In this document: piece after piece, positions 13,314 to 24,628 of the stretch | How positions within the stretch are numbered: position 1 is the stretch's first letter | Layout: every line of letters begins with the position of its first letter | Assembly: GCA_964276515.1 (NCBI GenBank) | Contig: OZ193910.1 | Coordinates: 1,612,001-1,676,000, forward strand | Source: Gordius albopunctatus | Taxonomy: Eukaryota | DNA: 64,000 nt | Direction: 5' to 3' | Translations under genes and position numbers: made by a program | Notes under the pieces: generated by a model | What the model was told of the DNA's origin: nothing | Seen by the model: only the letters and a program-made list of their open reading frames with translations | Databases searched by the model: none

Positions 13314-14578
13314 CAGAGCTGTTAAGAACTAGTTCATTTTGAACTAGTTCATAGAACTAGTTCACCTTTTTCTGAACTTAGAACTGAACTAGTTACCTTC
13401 CCAAAAATTTGAACTGTGAACTTGAACTAGTTCATTTTTTTAAGATTGAACTTGAACTAATTATTTTTTTTCTAATTCTGAACTTGAACTTGAACTATAC
13501 AATGTAATTGAACTAGTTCATCACAAATATATTATTTAAAATAAATTTATAAGCCGAGTGTGTTTGCATCAACAATTTGACGTGCATTGTCTTTTCGGTA
13601 ATCATACAGACACACAGTAACCGCGAATTTTTGATTTTAAAAACACAGAAATTTTTAGAAAAGATGGATACCCTTAGGGATTCGGGTATTTGCTCTGAAG
13701 TAGATAATAGGAACGAGGCAGCTCAATCTACCTTTTTACCTTGGCCTTCAATGGAAGTATACTTCAAATATGTATCTTCAGATAAAGATTCATTCAAAGT
13801 TAAGTGCAAACTATGCACTAAAGTTGTGGCGGCTTCAAGAACCTCAATAGCCAATTTATGGAGACATATAAAGGTAATAAGAATAACTTATTATAATTTA
13901 TAATATAATATCTAGGTGTCTCACTTTCAAAAACATGATGAGATTAAGAAGGCTGTCAAGAATAAGGCTGGAAAAAGTTGTGAAGCTAACAAAAAGTTAA
14001 CACAGGCATTTAATGTTTGCCTTCCATCTAGTGCTCCAGTTGAAAGGCTTTTAAGTCTGGGAAAGCTTATATTTGGAGATAAACGTACTTGTTTATTAAA
14101 CGATAATTTTGAGAACAATATTTTATTAAAGTCCAATTCACATCTACTTTCACATGATTTTTATTGTATATTATAATTGTATATTGTTTGTAATAAAGAT
14201 TTTAAACATTTTATAGTTGATGATTTTGTTATATATGAATATTTCCTTAAATTAGATTTTCAAATATATAATAAAATAAACTATGAAATTTATTTAAAAT
14301 TTTGGATAGCTCTCAACAAAAACTGATTTTAATTTAGGAATCATTTCCTAAATTGGATTAGATTTAAACTTTATCATATTTAAAAAAATGAACTGAACTT
14401 TAACTAGTTATTTTTGTAAAATTGAACTATTAACTTGAACTAGTTACATTTTTTCCTACATGAGCTTGAACTTGAACTGGTTACTTTTGAAAAAAAAATG
14501 AACTTGAACTAATGATTTTTTCAAATTGAACTATGAACTTGAACTAGTTCGTATCATAGATGAACTTTAACAGCTCTG
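13314..14578 (+). mobile_element. Internally deleted hAT DNA transposon
   Basis: TIR CAGAGCTGTTAA at 13314-13325 and its complement at 14567-14578; exact 8-bp TSD CTAGTAAA; many subterminal TGAACT/GAACTAGTT repeats; BED zinc finger and hAT dimerisation remnants inside. Confidence 0.95.
13664..14176 (+). CDS. Spliced mini-transposase ORF: BED finger joined in frame to hAT C-terminal dimerisation region (156 aa)
   Basis: Exon 13664-13873, 42-nt GT-AG intron 13874-13915, exon 13916-14176; splicing completes CKLC...RHIKVSH and continues to LPSSAPVERLLSLG...NFENNILLK. Confidence 0.55.
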
Positions 14579-15885
14579 CTAGTAAAGGACTCTAAAGAAA
14601 CTAGGATAAATATAAAAGAGAAAGAAAAACATAAACCATATGTGCTATGCTTGGTAGTTCTTTGCCTATTATGTATTAAATATTTTGCTAGCTGGATTGT
14701 TAGGTATCAGGCGGACCCTTATGTGTGAAGACAATAGAGGGGGGGGGCTTGACAAAAGGTTTTAAGCAAACTTGAGTGACATTGTATAAAATCGGTAAAC
14801 GTATTGAAAATTATTGATTACATACGCACGTGTGTCCTTATGTCAGCATGTTATTATTATTTTTTTTTAATAACGGAGAACTGAGGGCAGGAGGGATGGA
14901 GTGAGATAGTCTTAGCGAGCAGAGAAAAATTAAGGGAGGCTAACTTAAAATTTGACATTGTCATAAGATAAACTTCCACTAAGTTGATATAGTGTAAAAA
15001 ACTTTTAATTAAAGTATTTTTTATGAAAGAGAGTCATATGATGGTTACAAATTAAAAAAAAATATTTTCCTGGTCAGCCTATGGAATGTGTAATGACTTA
15101 AGGCATTTCATCTATAGTAAAATTACATAAATAGTAAATGTATACTAAAATATTCAATGATAAATACTAATAAGCTTAAGTAGGGAATGTAATATAGATA
15201 TGCAAAAATAATTGAGTTAAGAGCAAATCATAAGATATTGAATATATTGGCATAAAACAGTTTAAATTATTTTCAATAATTTCACAGGCTCCAATTAAAT
15301 ACTAACAAAATTCCATTAAAATACGTAAGTTACCCTAAAATGTATGGATGCTAATTTCCTATAAATATTATTCTAAATTTTGTATTCAGGTAAAATAAAT
15401 ATCCTAAAATGCTAACAGAACATCTTAATATTAGAGTTCGCGGTTGGTAAATCAGCTAGTATTTATTTGGGGTTGGACACTATGAGTTAGTTTGAATAAA
15501 GGTCTGGGCTTAAGGATGCTTAAATAATTTTTATACATTTGAGAGATAAATATGATGGTTAAGATATTAAATCTTCATATCAAAATTGCATGCTATAGTA
15601 TTTAAGTACTTTTTAATATTTATGTTCGAGCTAATATATAAATAGTTATCAATTATTTAAGAAAATATACAAAGATAATCTTATATTATACTTTATTACT
15701 TTAATATTTACATTTTCAAAGTTTAATAAGAATAGTTGCAGTTTTACCTTTGGGCTTCATAATAGTTTTACCTTTTGCCAAATATTATTACATGTTCCTA
15801 CTCCTTTTGTCGCTTCCAAGTAATCCTAGGGTTCCATATGCAGATGTGGTTAACACCAGATTTCATACAAAATTTTCCTAGAATC

Positions 15886-15961
15886 TTTGTAAACTTCTCC
15901 ATAAGTTCCGCTTCCAACTTTATGAATAAGTTCATAAATTTCGTGGGGGATTCTTTCTTGT
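15886..15961 (-). pseudogene. Isolated MAP4K/GCK-family kinase N-terminal fragment
   Basis: Reads TRKNP(+1 C)HEIYELIHKVGSGTYGEVYK, matching the RRNP...ELIQRIGSGTYGDVYK start of MAP4K3/5-type kinases; stops follow immediately. Confidence 0.6.
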
Positions 15962-17834
15962 AAAATTCGCGAGGAATGGAGACGATGAAACATAAAATTG
16001 CAATGTCAGGAAAGAAACTACTAAATGGTTTATTCTAATTTGAATCAATCACAACATCTGAAAAAAAAAAAATAATTTATAATTTTATTTCTAAACAAAA
16101 GGGTATACATATGTTAATCATATGTAAAAAGGATAATTTTATCAAGCCGTTTCGCAAATCAGTACCTGCATGATGTAAATTATTAAAATATTAATCATTT
16201 TAGCACTCCGTGGGTAGATGTACAAAATAAGTTAGTGAATATTATGATTCCATTTTCCCAGTAGCTTAACCAAATTTACCCTGGAGTATCTGCAAAATTT
16301 GGCTAGTTTTTATCCATTCGTTTTTAAGATAGTGTTTTAGCACCTTCCATAATATACAAAAAAAAATATCGGTATCTTTTCAATTGACAAAAGTTCATTT
16401 GTAAAAATCTCTAAATATCTAAACTCCCCCGCATTTTACATTTTTCAAGTGTATAATGTCAAAAGTTCAATTTGTTTTATCCCAAAAAAACACAGCAATT
16501 ATATTTAGGTTGACGTATTTAGCATGAAGGTAACTTATAATTATCCCTTATCTGTAAGCTTATTTATAACATTCTATGATTTTTTAGGAGAGGGTGTATC
16601 AGTTCTTCCTATAAATCCTTAGATTATACAACATTCATCAAATAAAAGCCTGTGCTATGAATGATTCCTTAAATTAATACTGATATTCATAAAAATGCAA
16701 GAGATTTTTAGATAACTATTAAGTAAAGTTTCTTACTGAATATGACTAATTTTGCTCATAACTTTTTTAATTTTATGGTTGATATAATAAGAACATATTA
16801 AATAATGTAGGAACTATAAATATAGAAAATTTGGCTGAAAAAAACTTAAAAACAAACAAAAAATTGAGTCATCAAAACTTAAGGAAGTCTTGACCCTTTA
16901 AATAAAAATACATCCTATAAGGTTATATTCAAGAAAAAATCTACATTTAATGTCTAAACATTATATACAACTATTAAAATGGTAATTTTTGTGTAAAAAT
17001 CAAGATTTCTGCCTATTTGTTTTGTATCAAATTTAATTTATTGTAGATTAAAAAGAAAATTATAATTATGTTACTTTATAAACATAGTATAATAAGTTCA
17101 TTAATTTAGAATTTTTGTTTATTAAATTACTAAGCTTTAATAATATTTACTATAAAGTATAAACTCTTAAAACTATAAAATTAGATTATGAAAAAAAGCT
17201 AAAATATTGTCATTTGCTAATTGTTAGAGCTTAATTTCGTCAAATAAAAGCCTATGCTAGATATATATAGATTAAATGAATAAAATAATAACCAATCTTT
17301 TACTCGTTGATAGATTACTCATTATTTACAATTTTCTAACCATGAATTTAAGAAATTCCATAAAATGTTATCAGAAATATACATGTAATATTTTCCAAAA
17401 CAAAATTTTTATAATGTGGGTGTAACTTACATTTCTATATAATATTAAGTATAAACACTCTTTTTCAAGTTAAATATCTTTTGGAAATTATTAAAAATGA
17501 TTGTTATATTACCATTATATAATATTTTTATATTTAATATATATATCTAATTCGATTTTATTTATATTTTAAATATGTATCCAAATGCGGTTTATTTTAC
17601 ATGTGCCCTTTTGTCAATTGAACCAGATTCAAAATATCAACATTTTTTTGTAATATATTATTGAAACCCATTTGTGGAAAAAATTTTTGTATACATTTCT
17701 TTTTATTGATATTTAAATTTTAAACTCTGATTTTAACATGTTAATTTTTCCTTGTGCTATGCCAAAGTACTTATATGTGTGATTTTTGATTTTTTTAATA
17801 TGTTTAATCTTGATAATTGCAGTATTTTTGATAG

Positions 17835-18245
17835 TTCTTCGTCTGGAGATGGTATATAAACAGTTATAACATTTTATCAAATAGTAGTCATGAATCTGAG
17901 AGTGAGTTAACAGGGGATAAAGATGAAGAGGAATTAATTGATATGTTTAACAAAAATAGTTACTTTTATGGTAAGTAACTTAGATGCTTTTATAATATGA
18001 TATATTTCAAAGGGAAAGTGGCACAAAAATTGTCCTAGTAAAAATGTAGAACAAGGAAATGGAATTTTGCTATGCAATTATTTGGAGAAAAGCCATATGG
18101 GTGGGCAGCCAATTCTCTCTTGATTATTTCAAATTATATATTACAGATGAAATAGTTTATAGTGTATTAACATTTAGCAACTAATGACGTATGAAGCAGA
18201 GGTGGCTTTGGTGTTAGCATTTTTAGAGCAATATATGTCACTAAT
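17835..18245 (+). mobile_element. Decayed piggyBac-like transposase remnant
   Basis: Broken frames give an acidic N-terminus, SYFYG...KWHKNCP, YITDEIVYSVLTFSN and GFGVSIFRAI, resembling piggyBac transposase N-terminal motifs; heavily degenerate. Confidence 0.4.
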
Positions 18246-18250
18246 TTGAA

Positions 18251-18596
18251 TTAGGATTGCCGCAATTAACTTAAAAGTACACTTTTAATAGCGCTATCTA
18301 TAGGCGATTTTATTTAGGGATTAATTTGACTTTATAGATCTCTATCTTTTTTAGCATGTGACTCGCAATTGATAACAGGTATAAAACATTTTCGCTCTTA
18401 TTAGAGCTCATCAGTATGCCATAGTTAATTTTCTTGTCACATTCAATAAGTGAGAAAACGTTATATGTCTGTTATCATTTTTGAGTTACGTGCTTAAAAA
18501 GATAGGGATATACATAGGCAAATTTGTCTTTAATTAAAATTGCATATATATTGCGCTAATTATAGTGTACTTTTAAATAAATTGCGGCACTCCTAA
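18251..18596. mobile_element. Palindromic element with ~150-bp inverted arms, probably a Penelope-like pseudo-LTR pair
   Basis: TTAGGATTGCCGCAATT... at 18251 is the reverse complement of ...AATTGCGGCACTCCTAA at 18596, and arm similarity runs inward to about 18400/18445; hammerhead motifs sit at the inner ends; a related single arm starts at ~36690. Confidence 0.7.
18378..18420 (-). ncRNA. Minimal type I hammerhead ribozyme (degenerate)
   Basis: Minus strand GGCATA-CTGATGA-GCTCT-AATA-AGAGC-GAAA-ATGT-TT-TATACC: intact core boxes and stem II; stem I has one mismatch. Confidence 0.7.
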
Positions 18597-19425
18597 AAGG
18601 GGTTATTAATATTATCTTCTTCAAATTATTAACAAACCTACATTTTATTAATTAATTTCAAATATAGTATGTTACTATATTTATAGCCTCATAAAATTTA
18701 TGATATAAACTTTTTCAGTTAAATATTTTTCATATTCTTAATTTTAATCTTTTATAATGTATCTGTATAAAAAATTTATAAAATAACATTTAAAATGTAA
18801 CTTTTTGCCTTAAAAAATACCTAAGTTTACACATCTCTGTTTTTACTTTTTGCATGTTATTTTTTACCAAATTTTCCACATTTCTAGTTTCAACCTTCTT
18901 TAATATGATCTTATTGATTAAAACATAAAATAAAAAATATTTTTTTTGATATGAGTCAAAATAGTCTTAGGGGGAAGAATTTTGGGGGTTGTTCTATTTA
19001 TAGATATAAAATTTTAGGCACTTACGCATAAGAGTTGAAATATTTTTTTGCCGATTTTTACAAGTTTATATTCTAAAACAACAAAATTATTATATATTTA
19101 AAGTTTGGGATTACCATAAGCCCCCCCCCCATCCGTGTTTGCATTAGTGTTGTAAAAACAGCTGAGTTTTATTTGGTCCATCTTTGGTTTTAGTCGCCTA
19201 AACATAAACAGATCAAAGGTTTTTTGGTCTATTTTTTCTAGTCGCATTTTTACAACAATAGTTAGCAATTGTTTCGGACTCAACTAGGCAACTTGTTAAG
19301 ACAATTAATTTCTAGCCTTGCATTACTAATTATTAATTTTACAAAATTTTAAAGCAGGATCTTTAAATTAAGGTGCGATGAGCTTCTATACGTTTTACTT
19401 GGGCGATTTCGCCTTACACGCCAAT

Positions 19426-19584
19426 CATGGGCTTAGGATGCAGGAAGGGGCAGCTCCCCCCCCCCCTAAATCCAAAACTTGTTAAAGTATATTAAGATAA
19501 TGGCTAAAATTTAAAAAAATGATAATTTTGCCCCTCCATAAATGATTATTGCCCCCCCTAATTTTAATGTTGGCTAAGCCCATG
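19426..19584. mobile_element. MITE family A (TIR about CATGGGCGTAGCCA), hAT-type, high copy
   Basis: ~160-180 bp element with inverted termini and G/C runs; near-identical 8-bp flanks ACGCCAAT/ACGACAAT here, CCATAAGC/CCACAAGC at 26134-26298, GTTTCTAT/GTTTCTAG at 29685-29852; further copies near 1652, 32218, 34410, 48700, 49120, 57082, 59685, 60295 and 60728. Confidence 0.85.
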
Positions 19585-20337
19585 ACGACAATAGTATATA
19601 CAAATTTAATATTCACATGTCTTCTCACACGAGTTTTATCATGATTTTTCTCATTAATATGTCATTTTTCTTTTTCCTGCCCCAATTTATATGTTAATTA
19701 ATAATTAATCTAATACTATGCTCAACTTAATTTATTCAATACGAATAGTAAGAATAATTCGAACGATAAAATCTTCTAGATTTTTAATCAAGTTTCAATT
19801 GACTTTTTTGGCTTAATAATTGATTTTTAGATCTTAGGACATAATTTTTATCGTTTATATGTTAAAACAACGTATAAATTTTTAATGGGTCTATCATTAT
19901 TTTTATCGCTCACGGTTTAAAAGGGGTATACAATAAAATTCTTAATCTGTTTAGAACGAGCTAGTCCACGCTGAATGAAAAAGATTTTTATAAACTAACT
20001 CTAAAATCTTTGATTATATTATCTATTTTATAATTTGAGAATAGTTAATTGAACACTCAATGTGATGGTTTTTAAATTTGCTATCATAAACTATTAAGAC
20101 CTAAAATAGTATACATTATAAATTAACTTTATTCAAGTTTTTATTGCACCTTCTGATAACGGTATTATTGTTTATAATTTGTGTATAATGATCAAAGTAT
20201 TACAAAAACAAGACATGATATATTATTAAATAAAATTGATTAAACCACGAATGATTGACTCTAACATATATACAATCAAAAGATAAAATTTGTAATTAAT
20301 ATTAAGTCTTAATAATTGTTATATGTTCCTTTTATAT

Positions 20338-21522
20338 TTAAAGCAGACTAGCACATTTGACTTTTATCATTTTATAAAATTTAACCATTAATTTTAGCAA
20401 TTGGTTTAAGTTTACGTTGAGGAGGAGGATAGCTAAGAGACCGAATGAACTTTTAAGCTTTAAGTAAATGTGAAGTGCATAGTAATAGGGAGCGGTGATG
20501 GTAGATGGTGTTTTGGAGAAATGTATCCAAAAGTAGACTGTCGTCAATATTATGTACAAAAAGTAGTGAACATTTATGAGGTGCAGAATGAAGATTATTT
20601 TTCTATGTCTACGTCGTCTAGCCTTCGCTTTGAAATGTGTTTTCATCACTTCCAACGCATTAAACATCATTGGTATAGGCATGATAGGCTTAACAGAACT
20701 ATTAGGTTGAGCCTGTTTATCCTTACGTTCATCTCTATATTTTGTGAGAGGCAAAGGGTGGATTCGATTCTTTTTTCTTAGGTAGTGGAGCAATATGAAG
20801 TTAGAAATTATGATCCCCACTGCCGGAATGTAATCTATGAGCACGGATTCTATCAGATTTACCATCATTCTGTGCATTTTATTTTTCTTGTACTTGCAAG
20901 CGTAGATGGGATGATACGATGCTAATAGTCTATCGTCTATAATGTTTACAATTTGAATGTAAATAGCGTTGGGTATGACTAAAGCTATGGAAAGCAAGGA
21001 GGAAAGTAGGCAAATTGTTAAAGTGAGCGGTTTGCTCATTAAACACTTATATTTGTGAGGCAATGCGACTGCAATAGCGCGATCTAGAGTAATCCAGAGT
21101 TTAAACAAGTTAGAGGCCCTAGTTAAACAGTTAATGGATAAGTCGAACAGTTTACATTCTATTAACATGAGGAACGAGCTGGTCCCTTTCGGGTGTCTGT
21201 TGTCTATATCCAACTTGCTAATTACAAAAGCCGTCGTGAAAAGGAGCGATTGCAATAGATCGCAACTAGACATGCCAGCTAAGTAGATATTCCAATTTGC
21301 AAATCTCTCTCTGTTCCAACCTCCGGCACCAGCCCTACCATTTTGTTGTCCGTTCCGATTCCTAGGTTTTACTTTACAAGCGTACGCGAAACCTATTGCG
21401 TTGAATATGACACCTAAGAATGTAACGACCCAAAGCACTTTGGGTAATCTGAAAAATAAGTATTCGTTCGTATCCATCTGCTTCAAGGCATTGTTAAGTA
21501 GTTTTTCTAATTTTTGGTCCAT
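20338..21522 (-). CDS. Intronless rhodopsin-family (class A) GPCR, peptide-receptor-like
   Basis: 394-aa ORF with about seven hydrophobic segments, TM1 GVIFN, TM2 YLAGMSSCDLL, TM3 Cys and TLDRAIAVALP (DRY-like), TM5 YIP...ISN. Confidence 0.85.
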   Translation of the reverse strand: MDQKLEKLLNNALKQMDTNEYLFFRLPKVLWVVTFLGVIFNAIGFAYACKVKPRNRNGQQNGRAGAGGWNRERFANWNIYLAGMSSCDLLQSLLFTTAFVISKLDIDNRHPKGTSSFLMLIECKLFDLSINCLTRASNLFKLWITLDRAIAVALPHKYKCLMSKPLTLTICLLSSLLSIALVIPNAIYIQIVNIIDDRLLASYHPIYACKYKKNKMHRMMVNLIESVLIDYIPAVGIIISNFILLHYLRKKNRIHPLPLTKYRDERKDKQAQPNSSVKPIMPIPMMFNALEVMKTHFKAKARRRRHRKIIFILHLINVHYFLYIILTTVYFWIHFSKTPSTITAPYYYALHIYLKLKSSFGLLAILLLNVNLNQLLKLMVKFYKMIKVKCASLL

Positions 21523-22029
21523 TTAGTAATCCAAATCATTCATGTAAATAAAATGCAATTTTTACTTATATCGGACATTTCTATTTACCAGATATTTTAG
21601 GAAATCAGAATTAAAGTCACGATGAGAAATAATTAACCAAAATATGGATTATTTCAAAGGGACAACAGGTATAAGATGGTTGAAATATTACGGTTCTTTG
21701 ATTAAAAAATTGTCAAAGGGTAGACTGTATTAGCCATTCATAGGGATAATTATCCTTAAACAGGAGACCGGATTACATGGGGTCCCTTTTGAATAATCAA
21801 TGTCTCCTATGATTTCGTGGATCTGCGCAGTTTCATAAATGCTCATTAAATATCAATCATGCTTTTGTCGTCTACCTTTTTAGACGCGTCCATTGTCGTG
21901 CCTCCATTTAAATTTTTTTACTATATATCAAATATTGCATATTAATTGCTATGCAATTTATGGGCTCGTTTTTTGTTGTCCGTCCGCCGTCCACCAAGTT
22001 ATTTACACCAGCTTCCCGACTTGCAAGGT

Positions 22030-22830
22030 CGAGGATCGAGACCCGGAGAGGACAAAATTTTTTTATTTTTTTTTAAATTAAATTAATATTTTGTTCTTGT
22101 TGATACCATTGATAATATGACTTTTTGACCGTCCGCAGGCTACTGATCAATTAAAAAAATGACCATTGGCCAAATAAATCGAAATTTTTAATTTTTCGTT
22201 TTTGAATAGTTTAACATTGATAATTACCCTATGCCCTCCCCTACAAGGGTATATGCCTCTATTGATATGGTTCCCTGTTCCCCTCCAAAGGCTTATGCCT
22301 CTATTTAATGTGGGTTTGAATCCCGGCGAAAGTTCTAAATTTATGGATCGAGACCCGGTGAGGACAAAAATTTTTATTTTTTTTTAAATTAAATTAATAT
22401 TTTGTTCTTGTTACTACCATTGTTATTATGACCTTTTGGTCGTCCGCTGGCTGCTGACCAATGGAAAAAATCACCATTGGCCAAAGTGAGCATCAAAAAT
22501 TTTTTTCCCGTTTTTTTGGCTATCATTGGCTTATAGAGTATCTGTTGGTACTGACCAATGAAAAAAAATGACCATTGGCCAAATTGTGAATCGAAATTTT
22601 TTTCCGTTTTTTTTACTCTTATGATTGTTCCTGTTAATAAAATTTATAATATGACTTTTTGGCCTTCCGCTGGCTGCTGACCAATGGAAAAAATGACCAT
22701 TGGCCAAAGTGAGCATCAAAAATTTTTTTCCCGTTTTTTTGGCTATCATTGGCTTATAGAGTATCTGTTGGTACTGACCAATGAAAAAAAATGACCATTG
22801 GCCAAATTGTGAATCGAAATTTTTTTGTTT
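22030..22830. repeat. Complex tandem array (GGATCGAGACCCGG and CTGACCAATGGAAAAAATGACCATTGGCCAAA units)
   Basis: Block from 22033 repeated from 22345; unit around 22445-22670 repeated around 22667-22826; the core CCAATG...CATTGG is itself palindromic. Confidence 0.8.
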
Positions 22831-22851
22831 TTATTTGACTCGTATTTTTAT

Positions 22852-23080
22852 AGTCCTATAATGAACCAATTTGCAGAAAAAAATATTCACTTAAATAGAT
22901 ATTAAAGATTTTGACATTTGTCACCTGTTTCACATTTAACAGGTGAAAAAATATTATTTTCGAGTTTAAAACTTTTTTTAGTCCTATAATGAACCAATTT
23001 GCAGAAAAAAATATTCATTTAAATAGATATTAAAGATTTTGACATTTGTCACCTGTTTCACATTTAACAGGTGAAAAAAA
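22852..23080. repeat. Direct duplication with ~128-bp period
   Basis: AGTCCTATAATGAACCAATTTGCAG...CAGGTGAAAAAA occurs at 22852 and again at 22980. Confidence 0.85.
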
Positions 23081-23269
23081 TATTTTTATAATACACCTTT
23101 AATGATCAGCATGAATTATGCATCGCATACCAATTGGAACAAATTATAGGTTGATTATAACTAACAAGTATGATACTTTTCAATTAGTGACGTCATTTCA
23201 TATTTCCTACAAAAATAAATAACTATTATATACAAAAATTTTAAAAACGTCACATATTTTCATACATAA

Positions 23270-23530
23270 CCCAAAACGACCAAAACCAAACCAAAAGGTT
23301 ACCAAAATAATTCACCTAAACGCCAAAGGTGTTTTTTTGTAAAAACGCCAAACGCCAAAGGTCGACCAAAAAATTTCACCCAAACACCCTTTGTGTTAGG
23401 GGTGTGAGAAACGCCAATACACCAAGGGTGAACCAAAAAATTTCACCCAAACACCGCCAATACACCAAGGGTGAACCAAAAAAATTCACCTAACACTGAA
23501 AGTGTTAGGCGTAATTTATACACCAATTAC
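23270..23530. repeat. Short tandem/subterminal-type repeats (ACGCCAA, CCAAAAAATTTCACCCAAACAC)
   Basis: Several imperfect 35-45 bp units; followed by TTGGCAACAC at ~23536, which resembles a hAT terminus. Confidence 0.6.
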
Positions 23531-24628
23531 CAAGCTTGGCAACACGCTGGGAAAAACCAGCCAGCCGTTTTTACAACACTAGTCATACTTTGTGTGATAA
23601 AGTGGATAAAACACTTTATATTCCATGGCTGATGAGGAATCACACTTTAATTCCCCATTAAATATGTTATAATATTAACATAGGTGAGGAAGACAATAAA
23701 AAGCTTGTGGTTTACCGAACCGTCTTTTTCATTACACGCAGAAACTAATACTTTTTATACTACTACTTTATGTAACAATGATAAAATATGAATTTAAATT
23801 ATTTATATCTAATATAAAAATGTGGCTAATGAATACATGCCTTTTAAACTTCCTTTAATCATGTGTTTTATAGTTTAATATCTAAATATAATTGTAAAGT
23901 TAAACTTACGCCTAACTTAAACCTAGATTGAGAAAATTAATGGGAAATGGTAAGGGTATAATTTAATTTATAAATACAAATGGAAATCGTTATATCCAAC
24001 ACGATTTTGATACACGAATTAATGCCACGCGTTTCGTTTAAACCTGTATTATATAAATCGGCAGTAGTAATTTCTTTTTATTGCTTACAATTATTTATTT
24101 ATAGGTATCAGGTATCCCAGAAAAATTCAACTCATACATTATTATATTGTGCTCTTCTTACTAGAATTTATGGGATCTTAAAATTTAATAATATTCACCT
24201 GGGACCCCTTTTAAATAACAAGGTGACAATCATTAAAATTAAAAAAAACAAGGTCTGTTTCGCGAATACATCAAATGCATCTTATTAATGTTTAAGCTGG
24301 TATGGTATTTGAATTAACATTTCAATGACATTATGAAGTACACTATTTTTTGCTCCCAAAAGATGATTTTGATAATCAATTGTATGCTTACAAAGATAGA
24401 GAAGTTCTAATTACGTTATTCATTTCCTTTTTTATTATATACAATGGTCACAAATCAAAATTACAGGATATTGCACCATTCATCGTTAAAAATTAAAAAT
24501 ATGATAAGAAATTGTAAAATCGAAGATAATAATTAAGTGCCTTAATCAAATTCAATTGTTATAAAGATTAACGCATATGATTTAATTGTTAACAACGATG
24601 AATGAGACAGAAAATTTGAAAATTGTAA

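Noticed and set aside
22030..23530. CRISPR-like appearance of spaced palindromic repeats
   Set aside because: The spacers are themselves repeated, unit lengths are irregular, no cas genes, eukaryotic context.
23629..23660. CTGATGA followed by a hairpin as another hammerhead; similar CTGATGA hits near 35300, 46010 and 61601
   Set aside because: No GAAA box after stem II and no closing stems.
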